This document shows, piece after piece, positions 1 through 7,754 of a stretch of DNA of 14,256 nucleotides. Numbering within the stretch: the stretch's first letter is position 1; every line of letters starts with the position of its first letter. Location: NCBI GenBank assembly GCA_043767805.1, contig JAYUGC010000068.1, positions 1-14,256 on the forward strand, given 5' to 3'. A model generated the notes under the pieces. The model did no database searches. It was not told the origin of the DNA and saw only the letters and a program-made list of their open reading frames with translations. Both the position numbers and the translations under genes were made by a program. Source of the stretch: Pseudomonadota bacterium. Lineage in GTDB: Bacteria; Bdellovibrionota; FAC87; UBA2466.

Positions 1-3
1 GTT

Positions 4-945
4 TCAGGCGGGGAGGTAGGAGCCGCTGCGGAGCTCTTTGGGGGCGGGAAAGGTGACGTTTTCCTCGCGTACGAGGCGGGAATCGACTTCGGCGCCGAAG
101 CGCTTTTGGAAGTAGTCGACGCATTCCTGAACGACGTCTTCGGGAGCGCTCGCACCCGCCGTGATCAAGACGCGCTCTTTGCCGGCAAACCATTCTTCTT
201 TCACTTCGCCCACATGATCGATGAGGTACGAGGGCTTTCCCAAGTTGCGCGCGATTTCCGCCAGCCGAAGGCTGTTGGAGCTGTTCTGGCTACCCAAAAC
301 GAGTACGACGTCGGCTTCTGCGGCGAGTAGCCGCACGGCCTCCTGCCGATTTTGAGTGGCGTAACAGATGTCGTCTTTCGCGGGACCAATGATGCCCGGA
401 TAACGGGCTTTGAGCGCGCGGATGATCGCGCCCGCATCGTCGACACTAAGCGTGGTCTGGGTCAGAAAAGCGAGCTTCGTGTCGCGCGGGAAGGGGAGCT
501 TCTCGACGTCTTCGATCGTTTCGATGAGCTCGATGTTGCCCGGCACTTCTCCCATGGTTCCCAAAACCTCGTCGTGACCGGCGTGCCCGATGAGCAAAAT
601 GCGGTAGCCCATTTTCACGAAGCGCAAAGCCTCGAGATGAACCTTGGTCACTAGAGGGCAAGTTGCGTCCACCGAGCGTAAGTTTCTCTCTTTGGAGAGC
701 CGGCGGATTTCGGGCGCGATGCCATGCGCGCTGAAAAGCAAAGGCGCTCCCTCGGGCACTTCCTCGACGGAGTCCACGAATTTCACGCCGCGCTTGGTGA
801 AGCGCTCGACCACCGTCCGGTTATGGACGATCTCGTGATAGACGTAGACGGGCGCCCCGAAAATTTCGAGCGCCTGATTGAGGCTTTCGATGGCCATGTT
901 GACCCCGGCGCAGAAGCCGCGGGGGTTCGCGAGGAGCACTTTCAT
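4..945 (-). CDS. ispH: 4-hydroxy-3-methylbut-2-enyl diphosphate reductase (IspH/LytB)
   Basis: Starts MKVLLANPRGFCAGV. Contains HEIVHN, FSAHG, DATCPLVTKVH, GHAGHDEV, TQTTLS, DICYATQNRQ, SSNS and TAGASAP, including the three Fe-S Cys. Start moved from the track's 981 to the ATG at 945, the canonical N-terminus. Confidence 0.98.
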   Translation of the reverse strand: MKVLLANPRGFCAGVNMAIESLNQALEIFGAPVYVYHEIVHNRTVVERFTKRGVKFVDSVEEVPEGAPLLFSAHGIAPEIRRLSKERNLRSVDATCPLVTKVHLEALRFVKMGYRILLIGHAGHDEVLGTMGEVPGNIELIETIEDVEKLPFPRDTKLAFLTQTTLSVDDAGAIIRALKARYPGIIGPAKDDICYATQNRQEAVRLLAAEADVVLVLGSQNSSNSLRLAEIARNLGKPSYLIDHVGEVKEEWFAGKERVLITAGASAPEDVVQECVDYFQKRFGAEVDSRLVREENVTFPAPKELRSGSYLPA

Positions 946-952
946 CGAGGCC

Positions 953-981
953 AGTGTAGGGCGATCCGTGGGAATGGGCAA
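953..981 (-). promoter_or_regulatory. sigma70-like promoter of ispH, probably giving a leaderless mRNA
   Basis: Minus strand reads TTGCCC-N17-TACACT-N7-ATG(945), with no SD. Confidence 0.65.
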
Positions 982-988
982 GCCACCC

Positions 989-2812
989 TCACTTAATCGG
1001 CCGAACGCAGATAGCGACGCCCGTCGTGATGGTTTCCCCGGTTTTGGGATCGCGAAAGAGCACGTCGTTCTGCGGATTCTCCGGATTGTAGCGGCCTCCC
1101 GAGTCGTTATTGAGAAGATACACAGCCGACCCGTCCGACCAGAGCATGCGGGTGTAGAGGTCCTCCGCGTAGAACCATTTTTGAGCTTCGGCCCGCGGAT
1201 TACGTTGGCGTAACTGAGCCCGGCCCCAGGCCCGGTACCATTCCGCCGTCGCTTTGAGCTGATCGCCCGTGGGAAGCTTCCAGCCTTTCAAGCCTTGGGC
1301 TTCACAGAACTTCGCGCCGTTCGTATCGTCGATGGGCGGACGAACAGCCGAGTAGCTCACCGAGAGACCCATGGGTTTGGCTTTCGCGATGCCGGATTCT
1401 TTCAGCCATTGTTCGCCGGTTTTCGTCGGGTCGCATTTGCGAGTCTTCCTGTTGCAAGTGAAGCCGTTCGCGCAGTGAAAACGGAAATTATAAACGGACT
1501 CATTCGGCTTGCTGCAGGTCGCGCCTTCCGTATCGGCGTAGCGCAATTGGCAAACAGCGCGCTCGCGGTTCTTATTGGCCACGCAGTTGGAAACCACCGA
1601 GCCCGCGAGAAGACCGAGCTTCACTTCATTGCGGCAGTCGTAATCTTTGTAGCAGGGACTCTCCGGGATTTGCAGGACCCGGATCATGCCGGAAACTTCC
1701 TGAGCGAGAGCGTCGGTCTCCCGGACTTGCTTGGCGTAAGCGCGGCAGACGTCGAGCTTCGACTCGAAAGCCTCGCCTTGTCTGAACTGCAGAAGGGCGC
1801 CGTAGCGCTTGGCTCCGATGGCCATCGTCTCGCCGATTTCGACCGACGTGTTCGTGCCGAACTTCACTACCTTAAGATCGAGTCCCGCCGAGGCGCCGAC
1901 CGATCCGAAGCCGCGGTAAGTGACGGTTTTGGCGACGACACAGTACATCGCCGCGTCCCGGGCGGCGACGCCCGTGGAAGTGAGGATGGGCTCCGTTCCC
2001 GGAGACAGCGCATAAGCCGAAGTCGTGTAGCGCGAATCGAAAATGAGACCCGCCTTCGCCTCGCCTTTGATGATGCTAAAGAGATTGCCCTCGGCCGACA
2101 CCGTGACTTGAGTCGCGATGTTGTCGAACGCGTCGTAACTGAGCTCCGCGCGGGGGAAAACCCAGACTTCTCCCAGATCGAGATCTTTGGTGAAAAGTTT
2201 CTTCGCCTCGAACACCGATTCGTAACTGGAGCTAGAGCTCGCGACGAGGTGGGATTTCAAGCCGGAAGCGATGTCCTTAAACTGGGCGCTGACGCTCGCC
2301 AAGCCGCCCTTGACCGCGTCGATACTCTGCTCGTGCGCCGCGATTTGTGCGTCGAGCGTCTTGAACTTGCGATAAATCTGATCGAGCTGCGCTTTGAGCT
2401 CGGCGACCACTAGCCGCTGCGATCGGGAGAGCCGGTCGATGCGATCTTGATCGACCGAGTTGCGTCCCGCCGCTTTGTCGGCCGCGATCTCGTTTTCGAG
2501 CTTTTGCAGCTCGATTTCGATAGTGTCGAGACGGGTCTGGCTGGATTTCCAGTTATCGTAGGCCTCGAGTCTTTGGAAGAAGAGCAAGCCTTCGGGGGGA
2601 GGGGTCGGCTCGGGGTCGGCCGAGAAGAAGGCGAACTGCTCCGATTCCGCGCGCCGGCTGGGCGCGCCCTTTTCGATTTGATTAATCTTCTGGTTTACCT
2701 CGCGGAGCTCAGTCCGCAGCGAGGCCACGGTCTTTTCACAGCCTCGGCAAGGAGCCTGAGCCTGAGAGACCACGCTGAAAAACGCAAACGCCAACCCTAC
2801 AAATCGAATCAT
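989..2812 (-). CDS. Secreted multidomain hypothetical protein (coiled coil, beta-rich core, Cys-rich module, C-terminal Lcl/DUF1566-like C-type-lectin-fold domain)
   Basis: 607-aa ORF with a G-rich SD (GGGGGG-tacta-ATG). Signal peptide ends AQA. N-terminal third is heptad-rich. C-terminus has AKFCEAQGLKGWKLPTGDQL...W...AICVR. The ORF is well supported; the domain calls are less certain. Confidence 0.75.
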   Translation of the reverse strand: MIRFVGLAFAFFSVVSQAQAPCRGCEKTVASLRTELREVNQKINQIEKGAPSRRAESEQFAFFSADPEPTPPPEGLLFFQRLEAYDNWKSSQTRLDTIEIELQKLENEIAADKAAGRNSVDQDRIDRLSRSQRLVVAELKAQLDQIYRKFKTLDAQIAAHEQSIDAVKGGLASVSAQFKDIASGLKSHLVASSSSSYESVFEAKKLFTKDLDLGEVWVFPRAELSYDAFDNIATQVTVSAEGNLFSIIKGEAKAGLIFDSRYTTSAYALSPGTEPILTSTGVAARDAAMYCVVAKTVTYRGFGSVGASAGLDLKVVKFGTNTSVEIGETMAIGAKRYGALLQFRQGEAFESKLDVCRAYAKQVRETDALAQEVSGMIRVLQIPESPCYKDYDCRNEVKLGLLAGSVVSNCVANKNRERAVCQLRYADTEGATCSKPNESVYNFRFHCANGFTCNRKTRKCDPTKTGEQWLKESGIAKAKPMGLSVSYSAVRPPIDDTNGAKFCEAQGLKGWKLPTGDQLKATAEWYRAWGRAQLRQRNPRAEAQKWFYAEDLYTRMLWSDGSAVYLLNNDSGGRYNPENPQNDVLFRDPKTGETITTGVAICVRPIK

Positions 2813-2820
2813 TAGTACCC

Positions 2821-2873
2821 CCCTAGTGATTACGAACTAGGGATTGTTACCCTTATTGATGCGTCGCGGTCAA
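2821..2873 (-). promoter_or_regulatory. Putative promoter and inverted repeat upstream of the 607-aa gene
   Basis: Minus strand reads TTGACC-N18-TAACAA(T), immediately followed by the perfect inverted repeat CCCTAGT-N8-ACTAGGG (2821-2842), which runs into the SD. Confidence 0.4.
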
Positions 2874-2937
2874 CGCGAGGTGCTATAAAATCCTAAATAA
2901 GAGGGAATAGGGTAAAAAATGCTGTAACTACGATATG

Positions 2938-3396
2938 TTATTGGAAGTCTCGCGACATTACCGTTTTGCGTCCGTCCTGGCGGGCCGCCTGAATGGCTTC
3001 ATCACAAGCCCGGCGGAGCTTGTCGCTCAGAGTATCCATCACCTCGGCGGAAGTGCTCATGCCTCCCGATTTGGTCTTGATGTAGGCCTTCAACTTCGAA
3101 GCGACGATGAGAATTTCCTTTTCGAGGTCTTTCGATTCCATGCCCGGCTCGCTTTCTTCCGTATCTTGACCCGCCTGGTCCCGCTCCCACAGCTCGCGGG
3201 TCGGGGCGATTTTCTCGATGGACCAGGAATCTCGGTGGCGCACCATGGGGACGTGGCCGTCCCAGCAAGGCACGCTACAAAAGGCGAGTCCCAGACGCTT
3301 CGTATTGCAGGTGCTGACGTTGCAGACCCAATACTTGCCGCCGAAAGGGATCGGCTTCTTGCAAGAGCTACACTTTTTCCAGTCGTTGGTTTCCAT
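2938..3396 (-). CDS. Bacterial histone with an N-terminal ZZ-type zinc finger (ZZ-histone)
   Basis: C-terminal EILIVASKLKAYIKTKSGGMSTSAEVMDTLSDKLRRACDEAIQAARQDGRKTVMSRDF closely resembles Bdellovibrio histone Bd0055 as I recall it, including the RKTV..RD histone-fold signature. N-terminus has CSSC, CNVSTC, CSVPC, H, H (8 potential Zn ligands), followed by an acidic linker. Start placed at ATG 3396 (METNDW); the track start is 3441. Confidence 0.9.
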   Translation of the reverse strand: METNDWKKCSSCKKPIPFGGKYWVCNVSTCNTKRLGLAFCSVPCWDGHVPMVRHRDSWSIEKIAPTRELWERDQAGQDTEESEPGMESKDLEKEILIVASKLKAYIKTKSGGMSTSAEVMDTLSDKLRRACDEAIQAARQDGRKTVMSRDFQ

Positions 3397-3450
3397 CGCT
3401 TTAAGCGGAGGAAATATCTCACGGGGGGCAGGGTCAGGCAATTGCCGGAG

Positions 3451-4608
3451 TTACGACGCCATATCGAGGCGCGAAGGCCCCTGGCTGAGGACGAGGATGG
3501 TGAGATCGCGGATGCGCTTTTGGTCGGCGAGCGGCAGGTGGTATCCGAAGCCGATGTGGTTTCCTCCCGCCTCGATCACCACGGTGGTTTTCTGCCATCC
3601 GCGCCGCTGTCGCAAGAGGCAGTTCGTGATGAGCTCCGCGGGAAGCTGATCGACCGGGTGCACTCCCCAAGCCGTCTCGCGGTTGTGCTCCACGCCCGAC
3701 GGCGACAGGCGAATGACTTCCCAGCCGAACGCTCGCTCCGCCGCGCGCTGAGCCGCTCGCAACGTCAGTAGGACGAGAGCCGCGGCCCAAAGAGGACCGA
3801 AACGAAAGACGGTCCAGTACGCGATGGTCGCGAAACCAAAGCACCCGAGAGCGTGAGGAAGAGCGCCCAACCGATCCCGGAATTTCAGCTCGTACACTCC
3901 CGGCTCGGCGACAACTTTTACTTTGTTAGAGAACTGAAAGTTCACGGGATCTACCCACGCCGCGAGATCGGTCAGAGATAATTTCGCATCGACTTCGCGG
4001 GAAGGAAGCTTGATGAGTCCCTTCGTCGTCTTTTGCAGAGCCGGAACTCCGAAAGATTTCGAGAAGCGGCGCCAGGTTTCATCGAGCGTCCGCCAAGAAT
4101 AAGATCGGAAGAGCACCACGGATTTGGAGGGATCGGCGTGTTTTAGGATCACTTCGTAGTAAAGCTTGGAACGTCCCGCGCGTCCGCCGGAGTAATACTT
4201 GATTTGCTTTAGCAGGCCTTCGTACTTGCGGGCGGACTCTTTCCAATGCACCCGGTTTCCCATGGTGATGGCGTCGCATTCCACTTCTTCTTTGCGCAGG
4301 GTGAAGTGCCGGTGTGAATAAAAACGGCTCGCGCCATAGACGAAAAAGCCCACGCCCACGGCGAGAAAGGGAAGCCGGAGCAGGACCGAGCTCCAAAGCC
4401 AACCCACCGTTCTGAGATCGTTCAAAAGAGCGTGGAGCGGAAGCGCGATGGCGACGAGCCCGATCGCGGTCCAAAGCGCCGCGGTCCACCGGTTGGTGCG
4501 CTCGCGGTAGGACATCGGAAAAGTGTCCTCGCTCGGCGTCCACCGAATGGCGTTCGTTTCCCAGGTGGGAGGCGTCGAGCCCGATTTTTTTTGAACATGG
4601 GATGGCAC
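3451..4608 (-). CDS. Hypothetical membrane protein with two modules, each a TM hairpin plus a soluble beta-rich (possibly bacterial PH-like) domain
   Basis: 385-aa ORF with two pairs of hydrophobic segments, each followed by a soluble domain. GTG 4608 lies 9 nt after a sigma28-like -10 box; alternative ATG at 4515. Confidence 0.7.
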   Translation of the reverse strand: MPSHVQKKSGSTPPTWETNAIRWTPSEDTFPMSYRERTNRWTAALWTAIGLVAIALPLHALLNDLRTVGWLWSSVLLRLPFLAVGVGFFVYGASRFYSHRHFTLRKEEVECDAITMGNRVHWKESARKYEGLLKQIKYYSGGRAGRSKLYYEVILKHADPSKSVVLFRSYSWRTLDETWRRFSKSFGVPALQKTTKGLIKLPSREVDAKLSLTDLAAWVDPVNFQFSNKVKVVAEPGVYELKFRDRLGALPHALGCFGFATIAYWTVFRFGPLWAAALVLLTLRAAQRAAERAFGWEVIRLSPSGVEHNRETAWGVHPVDQLPAELITNCLLRQRRGWQKTTVVIEAGGNHIGFGYHLPLADQKRIRDLTILVLSQGPSRLDMAS

Positions 4609-4617
4609 TTCAGCGAC

Positions 4618-4645
4618 TTATCGGCGCAGTGCAGCCAAAACTTGA
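4618..4645 (-). promoter_or_regulatory. sigma28 (FliA)-like promoter
   Basis: Minus strand reads TCAA-N16-GCCGATAA, a perfect sigma28 -10 box, directly upstream of 3451-4608. Confidence 0.7.
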
Positions 4646-4670
4646 AACGCGCGTTTCCGGCGGATAGCGT
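4642..4670 (+). promoter_or_regulatory. sigma70-like promoter of the MazG-like gene, probably leaderless
   Basis: TTGAAA-N17-TAGCGT-N7-ATG(4678), with no SD. Confidence 0.6.
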
Positions 4671-4677
4671 CGATTTC

Positions 4678-5031
4678 ATGGATCTGCCTAAAATCACCGC
4701 CCATCAAAGAGAGTTTGTGACCGCGCGAGAGTGGGATCAGTTCCACACGCCCAAGAACCTCGCCATGGCTCTCAGCGGAGAGGTGGGAGAGCTCATTGAA
4801 ATCTTTCAATGGCTGTCCGAAGCCAAGGCCAGTCAGGTAATGAAAGATCCCAAATCGGCAGAAGCGGTGCGGCACGAAATCGCCGACGTATTCTTTTATC
4901 TGATACGCCTCGCCGACGTTTTAGGAGTCGATGTCGAAGCCGCCTTCTGGGAAAAGATGAAGCTCAATGCCGCGAAGTATCCCGTGGATAAGGCCAAAGG
5001 CAGCCACGCCAAGTACACCGACTACAAATAG
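4678..5031 (+). CDS. MazG-like nucleotide pyrophosphohydrolase (DCTPP1/RS21-C6-like all-alpha NTP-PPase)
   Basis: REWDQFHTPKNLAMALSGEVGELIEIFQW...EIADVFFYLIRLAD...KMKLNAAKYP. True start is ATG 4678, inside track ORF 4432-5031. Confidence 0.92.
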   Translation: MDLPKITAHQREFVTAREWDQFHTPKNLAMALSGEVGELIEIFQWLSEAKASQVMKDPKSAEAVRHEIADVFFYLIRLADVLGVDVEAAFWEKMKLNAAKYPVDKAKGSHAKYTDYK

Positions 5032-5032
5032 A

Positions 5033-5100
5033 CGTTAACGGATGGTCCGGGAGGGGGAGATCTAATAGCTTTCCTCGTACCAGCAACCCGTGACCGCCCC
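5033..5100 (+). repeat. Dispersed intergenic repeat, arm A (68 bp)
   Basis: By hand alignment, 59 of 68 positions match the reverse complement of 10790-10865 (one 7-nt and one 1-nt gap), and the first 30 nt match 10858-10887 at 25/30. Confidence 0.85.
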
Positions 5101-5122
5101 TGTCCGACGGCGAAAGCCGATC

Positions 5123-5151
5123 TTGAAGGCGCGGACGATCGCTTCTAGAGT
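5123..5151 (+). promoter_or_regulatory. sigma70-like promoter of thyA-folA
   Basis: TTGAAG-N17-TAGAGT, then a GGAGG SD and the TTG start at 5172. Confidence 0.6.
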
Positions 5152-5171
5152 AACCCCCCAAGGGAGGAACT

Positions 5172-6008
5172 TTGCAGCAATACCTTGGCCTTCTACAGCA
5201 CGTCCTGGAAAACGGAGAAAAACGGCAGGATCGCACTGGCACCGGAACGCTCAGCACGTTCGGCTACCAGATGCGCTTTGATTTGGGCCGTGGTTTTCCG
5301 CTCGTCACGACGAAGAAGTGCCACGTGCGCTCCATCTTGCACGAGCTGCTCTGGTTCCTTCAGGGAAACACCAATCTCGAATACCTCCACACCAACAAAG
5401 TCTCTATCTGGGACGAGTGGGCGGACGAAGCGGGCGATCTCGGGCCCATCTACGGATTTCAGTGGCGCAAGTGGGGCGCGGATTGGGCGTCGGGCAAAGA
5501 GGGCGGTCCGAAGGCGCGCCCGGGTGTCAGCATCATCGATCAGATGTCGCAGCTCGTGGAGGATTTGAAGAAGAATCCCTTCTCTCGCCGTCATATCGTG
5601 AGCGCCTGGAACGTTTCCGATATTCCGCGCATGGCGCTACCGCCTTGCCACGTCCTTTTTCAGTTTTACGTGCATACCGACGGCCGGCTTTCCTGCCAGC
5701 TCTACCAGCGGAGCGCGGATATTTTTCTGGGCGTCCCTTTCAACATCGCGAGCTACGCGATGCTCTTGATGATGGTCGCGCAAGTCACGGATTTGAAGCC
5801 TGGCGAGTTCGTCCACACCTTGGGGGACGCGCATCTTTATCTCAATCACCTGGATCAAGCGCGCCTTCAGCTCTCGCGCGAGCCAAAGCCGCTCCCGCAA
5901 TTGAAATTAAATCCCCAGGTAAAATCCTTGTTCGAGTTCAAGTACGAGGATTTCAAGCTGGAAGGCTACGAGCCGCATCCGTCCATCGCGGCGGAGATCT
6001 CCGTATGA
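5172..6008 (+). CDS. thyA: Thymidylate synthase
   Basis: [35 protein letters not shown], catalytic [37 protein letters not shown] start with GGAGG SD. Confidence 0.99.
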   Translation: MQQYLGLLQHVLENGEKRQDRTGTGTLSTFGYQMRFDLGRGFPLVTTKKCHVRSILHELLWFLQGNTNLEYLHTNKVSIWDEWADEAGDLGPIYGFQWRKWGADWASGKEGGPKARPGVSIIDQMSQLVEDLKKNPFSRRHIVSAWNVSDIPRMALPPCHVLFQFYVHTDGRLSCQLYQRSADIFLGVPFNIASYAMLLMMVAQVTDLKPGEFVHTLGDAHLYLNHLDQARLQLSREPKPLPQLKLNPQVKSLFEFKYEDFKLEGYEPHPSIAAEISV

Positions 6009-6496
6009 AGCTCTCGCTCATCGTGGCGGTGGCGGAAAACGGAGTGATCGGAAAGAACAACACGCTTCCCTGGCGTCTTCCCGAAGATTTGAAACGATTC
6101 AAAGCTATCACCTTGGGACATCCCATCGTCATGGGCCGCAAAACCTTCGAGTCCTTGGGCCGGCCGCTTCCGGGTCGCTTGAACGTCGTCGTGACTCGCA
6201 ATCCCGACTATCACCCCGAAGGCGCGACCATCGCGAACAGTTTAGAAGACGCTCTTAAAAAAACGGGGGACGCCGAAGAAGCTTTTGTCATTGGCGGCTC
6301 GGCGCTTTTCAAGGAAGCGCTTCCCAAAGCGGATCGGGTTTATCTCACGCGTCTGCACCGGGCGTTTGACGGCGACGTTTATTTCCCCGAGTCGGAGTTC
6401 GGAAAACTTTTCGAGACCGCGAGTGAAACGCGGCATGAGTCGAAGGGAGAGAGTCCCTTTGCGTACTCGTTTATTGAGGCAAAGAGGCGCCGTTAG
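6005..6496 (+). CDS. folA: Dihydrofolate reductase
   Basis: [61 protein letters not shown] overlap with the thyA stop; this is the C-terminal part of track ORF 5318-6496. Confidence 0.98.
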   Translation: MKLSLIVAVAENGVIGKNNTLPWRLPEDLKRFKAITLGHPIVMGRKTFESLGRPLPGRLNVVVTRNPDYHPEGATIANSLEDALKKTGDAEEAFVIGGSALFKEALPKADRVYLTRLHRAFDGDVYFPESEFGKLFETASETRHESKGESPFAYSFIEAKRRR

Positions 6497-7013
6497 CCGA
6501 GCCTTTTCCAGCCCGCTTCGGAGCGGGCGCCGTTTTGGAGACGGGCTCGGCGGCCACTTTTCTGGGCGCGGGAGCGGGAGCCGCCGTCCCCGGCGAGCCC
6601 ACGACGATCGGCAATGTCTTTTGAATGTCCGGATTCTCTCTTAGGGAGACGATCAGGTGATAGGTGCCCGGCGTCGCGGGCGCCGTATAAGAGTAGTAGA
6701 GGGTGCTCCTGCCGTTCGGCCTAAGGCTTCCTCCGTCCGCTTCGAGTACCTTCCAAGAAAAAACGCCCGAGTCATAACGATAGGTTTGTTCGCGCTCGTT
6801 CAAAACGCGCGCGAACACCAGGCGAGATTCTCCGGGACTAAGTTTTACGTCGCTAGGAACGATCTCGATGGGACTCGGCCTATTGTCGACCTGAATGGCG
6901 GGGCTGGGGATGTGCACTGGCTTGTCAGCAAGCGACTTCGCGCTGCGGTAGGAATAGCCCGCGACGGCAACGATGATTATCGCAAAAAGCAGAATGCGCT
7001 GACGTAAAGGCAA
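6471..7013 (-). CDS. Hypothetical membrane-anchored or exported protein with an Ig-like beta domain and Pro/Ala/Lys-rich tail
   Basis: TTG start with GGAGG SD. N-terminal hydrophobic anchor; IEIVPSDVKLSPGES...W...YTAPATPGTYHLIV is typical of bacterial Ig-like repeats. Overlaps the folA 3' end convergently by 26 bp. Confidence 0.7.
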   Translation of the reverse strand: MPLRQRILLFAIIIVAVAGYSYRSAKSLADKPVHIPSPAIQVDNRPSPIEIVPSDVKLSPGESRLVFARVLNEREQTYRYDSGVFSWKVLEADGGSLRPNGRSTLYYSYTAPATPGTYHLIVSLRENPDIQKTLPIVVGSPGTAAPAPAPRKVAAEPVSKTAPAPKRAGKGSANGASLPQ

Positions 7014-7031
7014 TTGATCCCTCCGCTTACT

Positions 7032-7059
7032 CTATCGGCAGAGGGAGAGCGGCGCTTGA
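7032..7059 (-). promoter_or_regulatory. sigma28 (FliA)-like promoter
   Basis: Minus strand reads TCAA-N16-GCCGATAG, 7 nt before the GGAGG SD of 6471-7013. Confidence 0.65.
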
Positions 7060-7070
7060 TTGCCGGTTTT

Positions 7071-7754
7071 CTAGCAGTTTGGCTCGGCGATCCAGAGGTG
7101 GAAGCGGCCTGCTTCGTAGCGCTGAAAGCCCGGCTCCGGTGAGACGGCGGGAAACGGAATGGCCTTCGGATCTTTCGAAGCGCACTGGTCGGAGTCGCCC
7201 GTGATGAAGTCCCCGTCGCGAGTCAGCTTCAAGCAATGCGTCTCATCGCTTTTTAGCCAGGCGGTCCCCTTTTTATCGACGGAGAAATCCTTGGGGCCAT
7301 AGCCCAGGTGATTGAGATCGCGAGACGGGGAAGGGGGCTCGGAAAGCGTCTTTCCCGTATCCGGATCCACGACGCGCAGGCAATGGGAGCAACCTGCCAT
7401 CAAGGATCCATCCGTAAGCTCCACGGGGCCGGCATTGGTGGCGACGATGGGCCGATCCTCGTTCATGCCGACGACGGCGACCGGGCCGAGCCCGCGGCAC
7501 TCGTCGGTTCCCACCTTGCGATGAAACAAAACCCTAAGCGCCCGATCGTGGCCCTTACCGGGTTTGCCGCGTACCGAGAACGTCAGCTCCTCGCTGCCGT
7601 CTTTGACCAAACGTTTTTTCTCAAACGCCTTAGGGCCCGTCGTATTGAGATCCATGACGACGCAAGTGGCGCTCTCGCACTTGGAAAGCAGCACGAGGGT
7701 CTCACTATGGCCATCGAAGGCTAGGAGGACGAGGAGCGTGAAAAAGCGGTACAT
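7071..7754 (-). CDS. Hypothetical exported protein (8 Cys)
   Basis: 227-aa ORF with a signal-peptide-like N-terminus; TGATG stop/start overlap with aat. Confidence 0.7.
   Translation of the reverse strand: MYRFFTLLVLLAFDGHSETLVLLSKCESATCVVMDLNTTGPKAFEKKRLVKDGSEELTFSVRGKPGKGHDRALRVLFHRKVGTDECRGLGPVAVVGMNEDRPIVATNAGPVELTDGSLMAGCSHCLRVVDPDTGKTLSEPPSPSRDLNHLGYGPKDFSVDKKGTAWLKSDETHCLKLTRDGDFITGDSDQCASKDPKAIPFPAVSPEPGFQRYEAGRFHLWIAEPNC

Noticed and set aside
989..1330. Diversity-generating retroelement target, given the C-terminal lectin-like domain
   Set aside because: No reverse transcriptase and no template-repeat copy of this 3' end in the window; a remote DGR cannot be excluded.
1295..2413. 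Long + strand ORF of 372 aa, and similar antisense ORFs (2935-3771, 9025-9789, 11143-12081, 12696-13277)
   Set aside because: They are shadows of better-supported genes on the opposite strand, as expected in GC-rich DNA, and show no recognisable motifs.
2883..2898. CTATAAAATCCTAAAT resembling CTATAAACCTAAAAT at 8464-8478
   Set aside because: Short, AT-rich, needs gaps to align, and lies in opposite orientation relative to the downstream genes; probably chance.
5033..5171. Folate/purine riboswitch (THF, ZTP) or integron attC site upstream of thyA
   Set aside because: A CGGC-GAAA-GCCG hairpin is present, but the conserved riboswitch cores are not. The putative thyA promoter lies downstream of it, and there is no RYYYAAC...GTTRRRY pair. 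The region is better explained as the repeat plus a promoter.
5318..6004. Apparent 392-aa ORF giving DHFR a long N-terminal extension
   Set aside because: The extension is an off-frame read of thyA; folA starts at ATG 6005 in an ATGA overlap.
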